Below, piece after piece: positions 8,754 through 17,287 of a DNA stretch of 32,000 nt. Made by a program: the position numbers and the translations under genes. Source of the DNA: Nostoc sp. PCC 7120 = FACHB-418 (GTDB lineage Bacteria; Cyanobacteriota; Cyanobacteriia; Cyanobacteriales; Nostocaceae); the NCBI RefSeq assembly GCF_000009705.1, contig NC_003272.1, positions 2,130,001-2,162,000 on the forward strand, given 5' to 3'. Position 1 is the first letter of the stretch, and each line of letters starts with the position of its first letter. The notes beneath the pieces were generated by a model. It was not told the DNA's origin. It saw nothing but the letters and a program-made list of their open reading frames with translations, and ran no database searches.

Positions 8754-9491
8754 TTACAACTTTTCTAGCAGCCAGGCTACCGCCGCATCTGTGTCTGTCA
8801 CCTGTTCGCCGCCTGTTACGGCTGGACGATTGACCATGACAACTTGTACGCCTAGTTCTCTTGCTGCAACAATCTTGGCATAGGTGGCATCACCGCCACT
8901 ATTTTTACTAACTAAAGTATCAATATTATGTTGAATGAGGATGTTTTTTTCTTGGGGTAGGGTAAAGGGGCCGCGATCGCACAATATCACCCCAGGCGGA
9001 ACTAAAACACCAGCAACCGGAGGGTCAATCATCCGCATGAGAAACCAAATATCTTGTAGATGAGCAAAGGCGGAGAGTTCTTGTCTGCCAACAGTTAAAA
9101 ATACTCTTTTGGCTTGATTTTTTAAAATAGCGGCGGCGGCGCTTGTAGTGTCAACTTCTATCCAGCGATCGCCTGCTACTTTCACCCAGGGAGGACGGAT
9201 TAACATCAAACGTGGTATCCCCACCTCATCAGCCGCCAGCGCCGCATTCTCAGAAATTTGTGCAGCAAAAGGGTGGGTAGCGTCAATTAATAAATCAACC
9301 TGCATCTGACGCAGATAGTCAGCTAATCCAGGCGCACCACCAAAACCCCCCACACGGACGTTACCAGATGGGAGAGAGGGTTCACGGGTACGACCAGCTA
9401 AAGATGCGATCGCCTCAATACCTGGAATAGTTGCAACTTTAGCACTGAGTTCGGCTGCATCTCCAGTTCCACCCAGAATTAACAAGCGCAT
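8754..9491 (-). CDS. cobK: Precorrin-6A / cobalt-precorrin-6A reductase
   Basis: MRLLILGGTGDAAELS..., LLIDATHPFAAQIS, VFLTVGRQEL, LVSKNSGGDATYAKIVAARELGVQVVMVNRP are typical of CobK/CbiJ. I chose the ATG at 9491 (MRLLILGG) rather than the track start at 9536, whose extra 15 aa lie over a repeat-like leader. Confidence 0.85.
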   Translation of the reverse strand: MRLLILGGTGDAAELSAKVATIPGIEAIASLAGRTREPSLPSGNVRVGGFGGAPGLADYLRQMQVDLLIDATHPFAAQISENAALAADEVGIPRLMLIRPPWVKVAGDRWIEVDTTSAAAAILKNQAKRVFLTVGRQELSAFAHLQDIWFLMRMIDPPVAGVLVPPGVILCDRGPFTLPQEKNILIQHNIDTLVSKNSGGDATYAKIVAARELGVQVVMVNRPAVTGGEQVTDTDAAVAWLLEKL

Positions 9492-9598
9492 CGTCAAGTC
9501 GCTTCGCTCCAATTCAAAATTCAAAATTAAAGACAATTAGTGGGAGCTTGTTGGCGCAACCTTTATGTAAGGTCTTTTGCATTTTGAATGCAAAAAAG

Positions 9599-9991
9599 TT
9601 AGGTAGGAATCCTGGCGAGAATGCCTTTTTTCAAAGGTTCGGGACGTTCTGACCAAGGTAGTAAACCATCTGCTTTATCGTAGTATTTACCAGCACATTC
9701 CAATACCGCAGAGGCATGATCATCTACAGCTAAATCCCCAAATAAATAAGTTAATTTACCTTTCCCTGTAAAGGCTACAACACAAGAACGGTTGCAAGCA
9801 CTCATACATTCCACTTCTTGGATAGGGAATTTATCGCGTAACTCCCACTCTTGTGCTAGCTGTTGGAGTTGATTTAAAAGTTTTTGACCACCGCTTTCAC
9901 CTACACGTTTACCATCTTGCCAAACACTAGCGCAGGTTTTACAAACAAATAGTGTGTGTTCTGCCACACCCAAAGAATTATCAGTAGTCAT
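9599..9991 (-). CDS. DUF1636 thioredoxin-like metal-binding (ferredoxin-like) protein of cobalamin gene clusters
   Basis: Cys pattern LFVCKTCAS ... ECMSACNRSCVVAF and the tail PWSERPEPLKKGILARIP. I prefer the ATG at 9991 (MTTDNS, preceded by GAGG) over the track's TTG at 10021, which would sit inside the riboswitch 3' end. Confidence 0.75.
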   Translation of the reverse strand: MTTDNSLGVAEHTLFVCKTCASVWQDGKRVGESGGQKLLNQLQQLAQEWELRDKFPIQEVECMSACNRSCVVAFTGKGKLTYLFGDLAVDDHASAVLECAGKYYDKADGLLPWSERPEPLKKGILARIPT

Positions 9992-10024
9992 CCGTACCTC
10001 GCAGATGTTGAGAATCGTCAATTT

Positions 10025-10172
10025 CGGCGGGCGTTCTGACTGGGAAAGTTACAAGAGTTTTCTTTCCTTCACAGTTGCGGGACAGCGCCGGACTTACACC
10101 GTTCACCTACGAAAGATTGCAGGTATACTTTCCCCGTTACCTCTGGTGACTGCTCCCCACCAGAACCGAATA
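10025..10172 (-). promoter_or_regulatory. Cobalamin (B12) riboswitch in the 5' leader of the DUF1636 gene
   Basis: The reverse strand reads ...GGUUCUGGUGGGGAGCAGUCACCAGAGGUAACGGGGAAAGUAUACCUGCAAUCUUUCGUAGGUGAACGGUGUAAGUCCGGCGCUGUCCCGCAACUGUGAAGG...CCCAGUCAGAACGCCCGCC. It contains the conserved GGGAA, the GGUGUAAGUCC..GCUGUCCCGCAACUGU core and a B12-box-like AGUCAGAACGCCCGCC, directly upstream of B12-pathway genes. Confidence 0.8.
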
Positions 10173-10193
10173 TTTATTTAATGGTAACATCTA

Positions 10194-10310
10194 GGACTTA
10201 CGCATGAAAACGAAAAATCAAGGGTTTAGACAAGGGTGTAGGGGTATAGGGGTATAAATTTTTGAAACCCTTACACCCGGTCTCAACAGAAAATCTGGGT
10301 GCGTAAGTCT
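10194..10310. repeat. ~115-bp element bounded by inverted repeats GGACTTACGCA / TGCGTAAGTC, carrying an internal GGGTGTAGGGGTATAGGGGTATAA ... CCCTTACACCC pair
   Basis: The terminal IRs are at 10195-10204 and 10300-10309, and the internal G-rich/C-rich pair at 10235-10258 and 10268-10278. The left end (taggacttacgcatgaaaacgaaaaatca) recurs at 14097-14124 (aggacttacggatgaaaacgagaaatcc). Confidence 0.65.
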
Positions 10311-10335
10311 TATGTTTCCAACTCTTACCTTCTAT

Positions 10336-12183
10336 TTAGTTAGTAATATTCGGTTGTAAAAATCGCTTAATCTCACCAGAAGCAATATAAGACTTGCCAT
10401 CGGGTGCTGTCTTCACTTCCTCAACCACATAAAGCATTCCTTCCTCACGAATGGAACGGGGAAAACGCATATTCCAATCCGGTTCATATCCGTCGGAAAC
10501 TACTCTAGCGCGTAACTTGCTGCCATCTTTGACGCATTGAATGAGAACACCATGATCTATGGTATCAGTGGTGGGAAGATCAGCCGCAGTAGCTGGGGCT
10601 TTGGAGGCTTTACTTGTGCTAGTTGACCTCGATTGTCTAGGAGCAACAAAAATATCTGTTTCGCCAGGTTTGGCAAAACGGCTGACTTTGCCAACTACAC
10701 GGTAGAAAGAGCCATTGCTTGACAATTCTAGCCCTTCAACAATATACCGCGCTCCTTCAGCACGAATAGAACGGGGAAATTGAACATTTTTAGTTTGGTC
10801 GTAACCATCAGATATAACTTTAATCCGTAGTTTACCGCCTTCGCGGACGCAAGAAAGTTCCACACCAGTACCGATTTCATTGACAACCGGCATTGCGTAT
10901 ACTTCATCGCCAGCAGTGACACCGCGCCCCGCCAAATCACCGCGATTGCGCGTCATTGTCTGATAACTTTGATCCCGCAGTTCTTTACGTCCGGCGTTAC
11001 CTAGAGCTTGTTGTGCGATTCGACCTGCGAAATACTCCAGCTGATCAATCTCTTCCGCAATTTCAAAATTCTCATTTAAGCCTTGGTCTCGGAGATACTG
11101 CACCAAATCACGGAGGGTTTTTTCCGCAGCTTGATGCTGACCATGTTCTGCTAATTCGAGGGCTGTTTCTTTAGCTTTAGCGATCGTCAGGCGGCTGAGG
11201 TCAAGGATAATATGACTGGAAGAGGCTAACGCTGATTCCTCAACTGTCCCAACTTTGGTTATAACATCTGTTGTCCCGGAAACACTTTGAATAATGTCAT
11301 TCTGCACTACATCAGCACTGTAATGCAGCCTCATCAATGGTAATTCACCTACTTGAGCAGAGGATATCATCAAACTCAAACCCAGAAGTTTGTCTTCTCC
11401 CTCGTAAAGCTCCCCCAAGGTAATTACAGGTTGACCAGCTTCATTTTGGCTAACTTTAGCAAGACTTAAAGTATCAACCAGAGTGATACCATCAGCTAAC
11501 TCTAGTGTTACTTTCAAGTTTTGACCTACTACAGATCTAAGACTATCTAGTTCAATGCTAAAAACTTCTGCTGCTTCATCAATGCTTTGAATGAAGTAGA
11601 AGTTGCCATTAGCAGCTCTCGCCATCCCAATTAGTAGATCCTCATTGAAACCTTGAGCAAAACCCAAAGTAGTTGTAGTAATACCTTCCTCCGCTTTTTG
11701 GGTTGACGTGGCTGTGAGTATCTTTGGGTCTTGAATACCCATATTGGCGTGACCATCAGTCAGCAGCAGCACACGATTAATTTTTTGCGGATCGAGTTGA
11801 TGCTTGACATATTCGCAGCCCTTAAGCCATCCCCCCGATAAGTTAGTAATACCACCCGCCCTCACCTGACGTATGGACTTTTTGAGCGCAGGTTTGTCAG
11901 TTACAGGTTGGGGTGGAACAACGGTATCTACTGCATCATCGTAGACGACCACTGAGAGAATATCCTTTGGCTCAAGTTGATCTACCACAGATTCAGCCGC
12001 CTTCAGCGCATGATGTAAAGCTGCACCTGCCATAGAACCTGAGCGGTCAATTACAAGGGAAAGGTTAAGGTTGCGTCGGGGAGATTCGGGTATTTCCGCA
12101 CGAAAACGCAGTAGGATATTAGCCTTTAATGAAAATCCGGCAGGTAAAATAGGTTGGTCGAATTCATAACTTGTTTTTACCAT
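10336..12183 (-). CDS. von Willebrand factor A (VWA) domain protein with a beta-rich middle region and two tandem copies of an unassigned ~70-aa C-terminal module
   Basis: 615 aa. The MIDAS-type VWA motifs are LSLVIDRSGSMAG, GGITNLSGGW and VLLLTDGHANMG. The C-terminal repeats are aa 439-507 (nt 10663-10869) and aa 544-615 (nt 10339-10554), separated by a Ser/Thr/Ala/Pro-rich linker. Confidence 0.85.
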   Translation of the reverse strand: MVKTSYEFDQPILPAGFSLKANILLRFRAEIPESPRRNLNLSLVIDRSGSMAGAALHHALKAAESVVDQLEPKDILSVVVYDDAVDTVVPPQPVTDKPALKKSIRQVRAGGITNLSGGWLKGCEYVKHQLDPQKINRVLLLTDGHANMGIQDPKILTATSTQKAEEGITTTTLGFAQGFNEDLLIGMARAANGNFYFIQSIDEAAEVFSIELDSLRSVVGQNLKVTLELADGITLVDTLSLAKVSQNEAGQPVITLGELYEGEDKLLGLSLMISSAQVGELPLMRLHYSADVVQNDIIQSVSGTTDVITKVGTVEESALASSSHIILDLSRLTIAKAKETALELAEHGQHQAAEKTLRDLVQYLRDQGLNENFEIAEEIDQLEYFAGRIAQQALGNAGRKELRDQSYQTMTRNRGDLAGRGVTAGDEVYAMPVVNEIGTGVELSCVREGGKLRIKVISDGYDQTKNVQFPRSIRAEGARYIVEGLELSSNGSFYRVVGKVSRFAKPGETDIFVAPRQSRSTSTSKASKAPATAADLPTTDTIDHGVLIQCVKDGSKLRARVVSDGYEPDWNMRFPRSIREEGMLYVVEEVKTAPDGKSYIASGEIKRFLQPNITN

Positions 12184-12356
12184 TTCATTTTCCCCTGTGA
12201 GTTATTTGTCATCAGCCGCAACCCTGATGATGTTTAAACACTAAGTGTTGTCATTAGTGTACCCAGGATGTGTTCATGATTTAGGGTATAGAAATTGCAT
12301 GAGATTCAGACTGCTATACATATCAGTCTGCTCAGTCCGCTTGTAGCCGCGATTTT

Positions 12357-12394
12357 CGTCGTTAGTTACAAGATACGTCGTTAGTTACAAGATA
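12357..12394. repeat. Perfect 2 x 19-nt tandem duplication
   Basis: cgtcgttagttacaagata occurs at 12357-12375 and again at 12376-12394, in the intergenic region between the VWA gene start and the DUF4360 gene end. Confidence 0.9.
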
Positions 12395-12458
12395 TAAGAA
12401 ACCCAGTCTGACATTTTGGTAAAGCTAAGAGTTTTTTGACTCCTAGCTTTGAAAAAAC

Positions 12459-13064
12459 CTAACGGCACTTGCGATATTTAACGTGATAAACCAAGCCACG
12501 GTGAGCTAGGTCAAAAGAGTCAACAGTTGCCATCCCTTGCCCACTAGCAGTCATTGCAGCATTCACACGCATATTTACACTGTCACCACAACGTGACCAA
12601 ACATTACCCACAGTAACTAATTTATCTCGGACGTTGTAGTCGGTTTCGCCTCTAAATGTTCTGGAGAAAACTGGCCCGCGCTGACCTGCAAAAAAGTACT
12701 CTGCTCTTAGTCTCCCAGTGGTACCAGGAGCAACATAGCCCCGATAGTCAGCATCATAGAGGGAAATTTGAAAGCCTTGGGGTACTTTAATCGGAATGCT
12801 CATATTACAGCTTTTGCGACGTTCTGCTGCTTTATTGCCTAGAGCGATAAATTGATCAAATAGAATACTTAACTCTTGACCATCAGGGCTAACATTCACA
12901 CTAGCAGACCCATCAGGGCAACCGTTACCACCATATTCTGCACCTAAAATTTCAACTTTGTTATTAGCAAGGGCAGGCCCAACAGAAGCCATAATCATCG
13001 TGGAGGCAGCCAGAAAAGCTTTTACAAAGTTGATAGATGTTTTCGTGAAGTTTTGCTTGGTCAT
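12459..13064 (-). CDS. Secreted DUF4360-like protein
   Basis: 201 aa with an N-terminal signal peptide (FVKAFLAASTMIMASVGPALA). The mature part has conserved Cys residues (GGNGCPDGSASV..., RRKSCNMSIPIKVPQGFQ, WSRCGD, KYRKC). Size and pattern fit my memory of DUF4360, a family shared with fungi. Confidence 0.6.
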   Translation of the reverse strand: MTKQNFTKTSINFVKAFLAASTMIMASVGPALANNKVEILGAEYGGNGCPDGSASVNVSPDGQELSILFDQFIALGNKAAERRKSCNMSIPIKVPQGFQISLYDADYRGYVAPGTTGRLRAEYFFAGQRGPVFSRTFRGETDYNVRDKLVTVGNVWSRCGDSVNMRVNAAMTASGQGMATVDSFDLAHRGLVYHVKYRKCR

Positions 13065-13161
13065 GAATCTACTCTCCTGTATGGAGTATCTTGAATAGTT
13101 TTAAATTCAAGTGCAATCCGAGGAATTTCGGAAACTTTAAGTATAAGAAACTTCACAAAAG

Positions 13162-14085
13162 TCACAAAACCCTTTCCTTGAGGAAGGCCTCAAATGTCAA
13201 CTTGTCAGGCAACGAAGTTTGTGCGCCTAATTTTGTTGCGGCTAAAGCACCTGCCGCCGCACCCCAAATAACTGCCTGATGTAAGGAAAGCCCAGAATAA
13301 AGTGCTGTTGCTAAACCACCATTAAAGGCATCACCAGCCGCTACAGTATCAAGCGTATCCACGGAGAAGGCTGGGACAAAAAATGTCTCTTTGTTTGTGG
13401 CACAAACAACACCTTTAGCGCCCAGTTTAACGATCGCACTTTTCACGCCCTTTTGCAATAACACCCCTGCTGCCTTTCGCGCTGCATCTTCCCCGTCTAC
13501 CGGAAAGCCCACAAGTTGCCCAGCTTCTACTTCATTGGGGGTAATGATATCAACAAAGGAGTAAAGTTCTGTTGGTAAATCTGATGGTGCAGGTGCGGGG
13601 TCTAAAATTACTGTAATATTGTTACTTCTTGCTGCTTGGGCAGCTGCGATAACGGCAGGTACAGGAATTTCTAATTGTAATAGCAGGGCTGTAGCTGTTG
13701 GTAATATGCGTGATAATCGTTCTACATCTACTTGATTGACTCGCCCATTAGCACCAGGAATGACAACTATTTGATTTTCACCGTTATGAGCTACGGTGAT
13801 CATCGCCACTCCAGAACTTGCAGTTTCATCTACAAAAATATTGTCAGTTTGTACGCCAGCGTCTTGCAGATTTTGCATCAGTTCTGCACCAAAACTCTGT
13901 GCGCCGACGCGTCCCACCATCTGGGTAGGAACTCCCAATCTTGCTAATGCTACAGCTTGGTTTGCACCTTTACCCCCAGGAACCTTGAAAAAGTCTTCTC
14001 CCAGTAAGGTTTCTCCTGCACCTGGTAACTTGGGTGCTGTGGCAACTAAATCTATATTGATGCTACCGAAGACGATAATGCTCAT
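13162..14085 (-). CDS. rbsK: Ribokinase (PfkB family)
   Basis: MSIIVFGSINIDLV, GGKGANQAVALARLG, ITPNEVEA and DTVAAGDAFNGGLATAL are ribokinase signatures. Confidence 0.85.
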   Translation of the reverse strand: MSIIVFGSINIDLVATAPKLPGAGETLLGEDFFKVPGGKGANQAVALARLGVPTQMVGRVGAQSFGAELMQNLQDAGVQTDNIFVDETASSGVAMITVAHNGENQIVVIPGANGRVNQVDVERLSRILPTATALLLQLEIPVPAVIAAAQAARSNNITVILDPAPAPSDLPTELYSFVDIITPNEVEAGQLVGFPVDGEDAARKAAGVLLQKGVKSAIVKLGAKGVVCATNKETFFVPAFSVDTLDTVAAGDAFNGGLATALYSGLSLHQAVIWGAAAGALAATKLGAQTSLPDKLTFEAFLKERVL

Positions 14086-14301
14086 GATGATGATTTAGGA
14101 CTTACGGATGAAAACGAGAAATCCATTCAACACACATGATATTAAACTGATTTGTCAAGTAGGAAGCTAAATAATCAAGTTGATTAATTCCAAATATATG
14201 CCAAACTCTAATGTTAACAAGATGAATTTGGTATGTATTAATACTGAAGTTTTAGTATAAAGTTTTTGCTAGGTTTTACATAGAAGCTTATAGGTGCTTT
14301 T

Positions 14302-16761
14302 ATGTCGGGTATGCCTTTACAGTGTCATAATTTAAAAGAGCAAGTTGAGTCTATATTACAACTTTTACAGCAGGAATTATCTTTGCGATCGCAAGATATC
14401 ACGTCTGTCCAAACTTCTCTAGGTAAAGCGATTTCTCCCAAGTTTGAAATTGTGTTTGCTGGTGCATTTAGTGCAGGTAAATCTATGCTTATTAATGCAC
14501 TATTAGAACGGGAATTGTTATACAGTGCAGAAGGACACGCTACAGGTACAGAGTGCAAAATTGAGTATGCAGAATTAGAGAAAGAACGGGTAGTTTTAAC
14601 TTTTTTAAGTGAGGTAGAAATTCGGGAACAAGCAAACTCTCTGTGTCAACAGTTGGGATTTACGACAGCAGTTAATATTAATCAAGCTGAAGTGGTTAGC
14701 TTATTACATCAAGGGTGTGAAGCAATTATTCAGCAGGAGGGTGGAGAGAGTAAATCAGAACGTGCCAAACAAGCTAAAGCATTAATATTTTTACTACAAG
14801 GATATGAGGCGAATCGTCAACATATTCATACAATAAATAATGCTACATATTCGATGGAGCATTTTAACTTTTCTAATCTGAAAGAAGCGGCTGGATATGC
14901 TCGTCGTGGTAGTAATAGCGCCGTATTAAAACAGATTGAATATTTTTGCAACCATCCGCTTTTGCAAGATGGAAACGTAATTATTGACACCCCAGGAATT
15001 GATGCACCAGTGGAAAAAGATGCACAACTAACCTACGCCAAGATACAACATCCTGATACTTCGGCGGTGGTGTGTGTGCTGAAACCTGCTTGTGCTGGTG
15101 ATATGACGAAAGAGGAAACAGAACTTTTAGAAAAGATGCGGCAAAATGGGGGAATACGCGATCGCGTGTTTTATGTCTTCAACCGCATCGACGAAACTTG
15201 GTATAATAATCAATTAAGGCAACGTTTGGATGATTTAATCAACGCGCAATTCCGGGATACAAGCAGGGTTTATAAAACCAGTGGGTTACTCGGTTTTTAT
15301 GGGAGTCAGATTAAACAAACAAGTACTCAAGATAGATTTGGTTTAGATTCTATTTTTGGAGAAAGTGCCAAAGGTGTAAATGGTAATGAGGAAACGCCAC
15401 AGTTTGTTTACGCCTTTAATAACTATTGTGTCAGTTCTGGTAAATTAGCTTCTAGTAATTTTCGGATTTCTCTCAATGGTTTTGAAACACCTAATCAAAA
15501 CTATATACGGATTTTAGCTGAACAGGGAACACCGTTAATTAATCAATTAATTCAAGATAGTGGGATTGAAGAATTTCGCACAGCTATCACACGTTATCTA
15601 ACTGAAGAAAAGCGTCCCCAGCTTTTTAAAAATCTCGCCGATGATTTAGAAGATATTTGTATTAATCTGAAAAAACATTATCAGACTGTGCATCGTGACT
15701 TAGATAGTCAGCCCCGTGAAATTGAGATGATGAAGGCGCAGGAATTACAATATCTCAATCAGCAATTGCAACAAGTTGGTAAAGATTACAACCTACACAT
15801 CACAGAGGAGGTTAATCATGTAATTAATCATGCTTGTGACAGATTTGAGACAGATTTTCGCCAATTGCAATCACGGTTGATTCGTCGTTTAGATGAATTA
15901 TTGGATACGTTTTCTGTAGCTGATGCTTATCGTCGTGCGACTCTGAGTCATCCACGTAATGCTACTGCGCCATTACTCGCAATTTTAGTAGAGGCGTTTT
16001 ATTATTTGGCGAACCAATTAGAAGATATATTAGTAGATTCATCTCAGGAACTAATGACTAATCTTTTCCAAAGGTTGATGGAGAAGATTCGTAAATCAGA
16101 ATATTATCGCCAGTTGTATCGTTTGCTGGGTAACGATGCAGGAATTGAACAAGAACTCAAAGCTTTAGAAAAACGTGTGACTCAATCTCTAGTAGATGCA
16201 GCTAGTGTAGAATGCGATCGCTTTGTTAGAGAAAGTCCAAAATTTTATGATGAAAATACTTTTTCTATATATCAATTCCGCCAAACTTTGCTGCAAACTT
16301 CACAAAGTTACGATAGCGAAAGTATGGTAGAAGCAGAGCCAGCAATTAGACAATTATTAAAGTTGGATTTTGAGCCAAAGGTTTCTCATACTATTCGTAA
16401 AACCTTCCGTCAGACTATTAACCAAATTCTCAAAACTCAATTGTTACCAATGGCGGAACAGCAAGGAGATGGGATTTTACAACAGTACCCACAAGCAAGA
16501 GTTTATTTAGAAGAAAGACTCCAACAAGAAGCAGAGGAAAAGATTAATAATAATAACCGCTTACTTGGTGTCGTGGAAGGAAAAGTAGATGTGTATAACA
16601 CTGCGGTTGCTAATATCAATAATTGTTTACAAGCGATGCAATTATATGACCATTTATTACCTTTAATTAACCTGGGCGAGTTAACAGTTGTTGATCAGAT
16701 TGCAGCTACTAATGGTGTGGTTGTCTCTGACGGGTTATTGGATGGAGTGTCGCAGGTTTAG
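14302..16761 (+). CDS. Bacterial dynamin-like protein (large GTPase), 819 aa
   Basis: G1 P-loop GAFSAGKS (aa 54-61, nt 14461-14484), G3 IIDTPGIDAP, G4-like FNRIDE, followed by ~500 aa of predicted helical stalk/paddle. HIP1 sites inside the gene (e.g. near 14385 and 16213) argue that it is native. Confidence 0.8.
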   Translation: MSGMPLQCHNLKEQVESILQLLQQELSLRSQDITSVQTSLGKAISPKFEIVFAGAFSAGKSMLINALLERELLYSAEGHATGTECKIEYAELEKERVVLTFLSEVEIREQANSLCQQLGFTTAVNINQAEVVSLLHQGCEAIIQQEGGESKSERAKQAKALIFLLQGYEANRQHIHTINNATYSMEHFNFSNLKEAAGYARRGSNSAVLKQIEYFCNHPLLQDGNVIIDTPGIDAPVEKDAQLTYAKIQHPDTSAVVCVLKPACAGDMTKEETELLEKMRQNGGIRDRVFYVFNRIDETWYNNQLRQRLDDLINAQFRDTSRVYKTSGLLGFYGSQIKQTSTQDRFGLDSIFGESAKGVNGNEETPQFVYAFNNYCVSSGKLASSNFRISLNGFETPNQNYIRILAEQGTPLINQLIQDSGIEEFRTAITRYLTEEKRPQLFKNLADDLEDICINLKKHYQTVHRDLDSQPREIEMMKAQELQYLNQQLQQVGKDYNLHITEEVNHVINHACDRFETDFRQLQSRLIRRLDELLDTFSVADAYRRATLSHPRNATAPLLAILVEAFYYLANQLEDILVDSSQELMTNLFQRLMEKIRKSEYYRQLYRLLGNDAGIEQELKALEKRVTQSLVDAASVECDRFVRESPKFYDENTFSIYQFRQTLLQTSQSYDSESMVEAEPAIRQLLKLDFEPKVSHTIRKTFRQTINQILKTQLLPMAEQQGDGILQQYPQARVYLEERLQQEAEEKINNNNRLLGVVEGKVDVYNTAVANINNCLQAMQLYDHLLPLINLGELTVVDQIAATNGVVVSDGLLDGVSQV

Positions 16762-16777
16762 GAATTAGGTTTCTGTA

Positions 16778-16803
16778 AAGTCCGCCTGTGCGGACTTTTT
16801 TTG
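16778..16803 (+). terminator. Rho-independent terminator after the dynamin-like gene
   Basis: AAGTCCGC-CTGT-GCGGACTT followed by a T run, 17 nt after the TAG at 16759-16761. Confidence 0.8.
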
Positions 16804-16900
16804 ATTATACGTGTTGTTAAATATTCTACTTTTAACTTATGAGTAGAACGACTTGAAAAAAACAACCTATGTTAAGTGATGTAAAAATACTAGACTTCAG

Positions 16901-16972
16901 TTCGTAGTAAGGACTTTAGTCCTTTTCTGTTCGCGGAGCGTCTCGCAGAGAGAACTAAAGTTCTCACTACAA
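16901..16972. repeat. MITE-like short dispersed repeat
   Basis: The inverted arms GTAGTAAGGACTTTAGTCC (16904-) and GAACTAAAGTTCTCACTAC (-16970) flank GTTCGCGGAGCGTCTCGCAGAGAG (16929-16952), which belongs to the same family as 1854-1875 and 1957-1982. Confidence 0.65.
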
Positions 16973-17287
16973 ACCTTTAATTATTTACTTTGTTCTACTA
17001 GATTCATCTGATCACAGATGCCTGCGACTATGCCTTACTTGGTCATTTTCAAAAATACAGTATTTACGATCGCACCTGCGGAATCTGGGTTAAAAGACTG
17101 CAACTGTAATATTTCCCATTGTGAAAGGGTTTCGTGAGCATTCCTTAACAATCATGTGACCAAATGCTCACTAACGCGAGATAATAATAAATCCTCACCA
17201 CCCTCTGCTGTAATACGCCCTCGCCTTGGCTTGGCTTACATAATTGACACCACAGGGTAAATCCGCAAGCTGCGTTTAACTTAGATT

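Noticed and set aside
9954-10181. + strand ORF of 75 aa
   Set aside because: It overlaps the reverse-strand cobalamin riboswitch and the DUF1636 start. The RNA element explains the conservation-like structure better.
10728-14558. Embedded ORFs 10728..10940 (-), 10956..11174 (+), 13091..13279 (+), 13732..13947 (+), 13796..14098 (+) and 14325..14558 (-)
   Set aside because: All lie within or antisense to the VWA, ribokinase or dynamin-like genes. Their compositions are typical of off-frame translation.
16762-17287. Possible operon linking the dynamin-like gene and the PhK-like gene
   Set aside because: A strong intrinsic terminator sits 17 nt after the DLP stop. A 526-nt repeat-containing spacer separates the two genes, so independent transcription is more likely.
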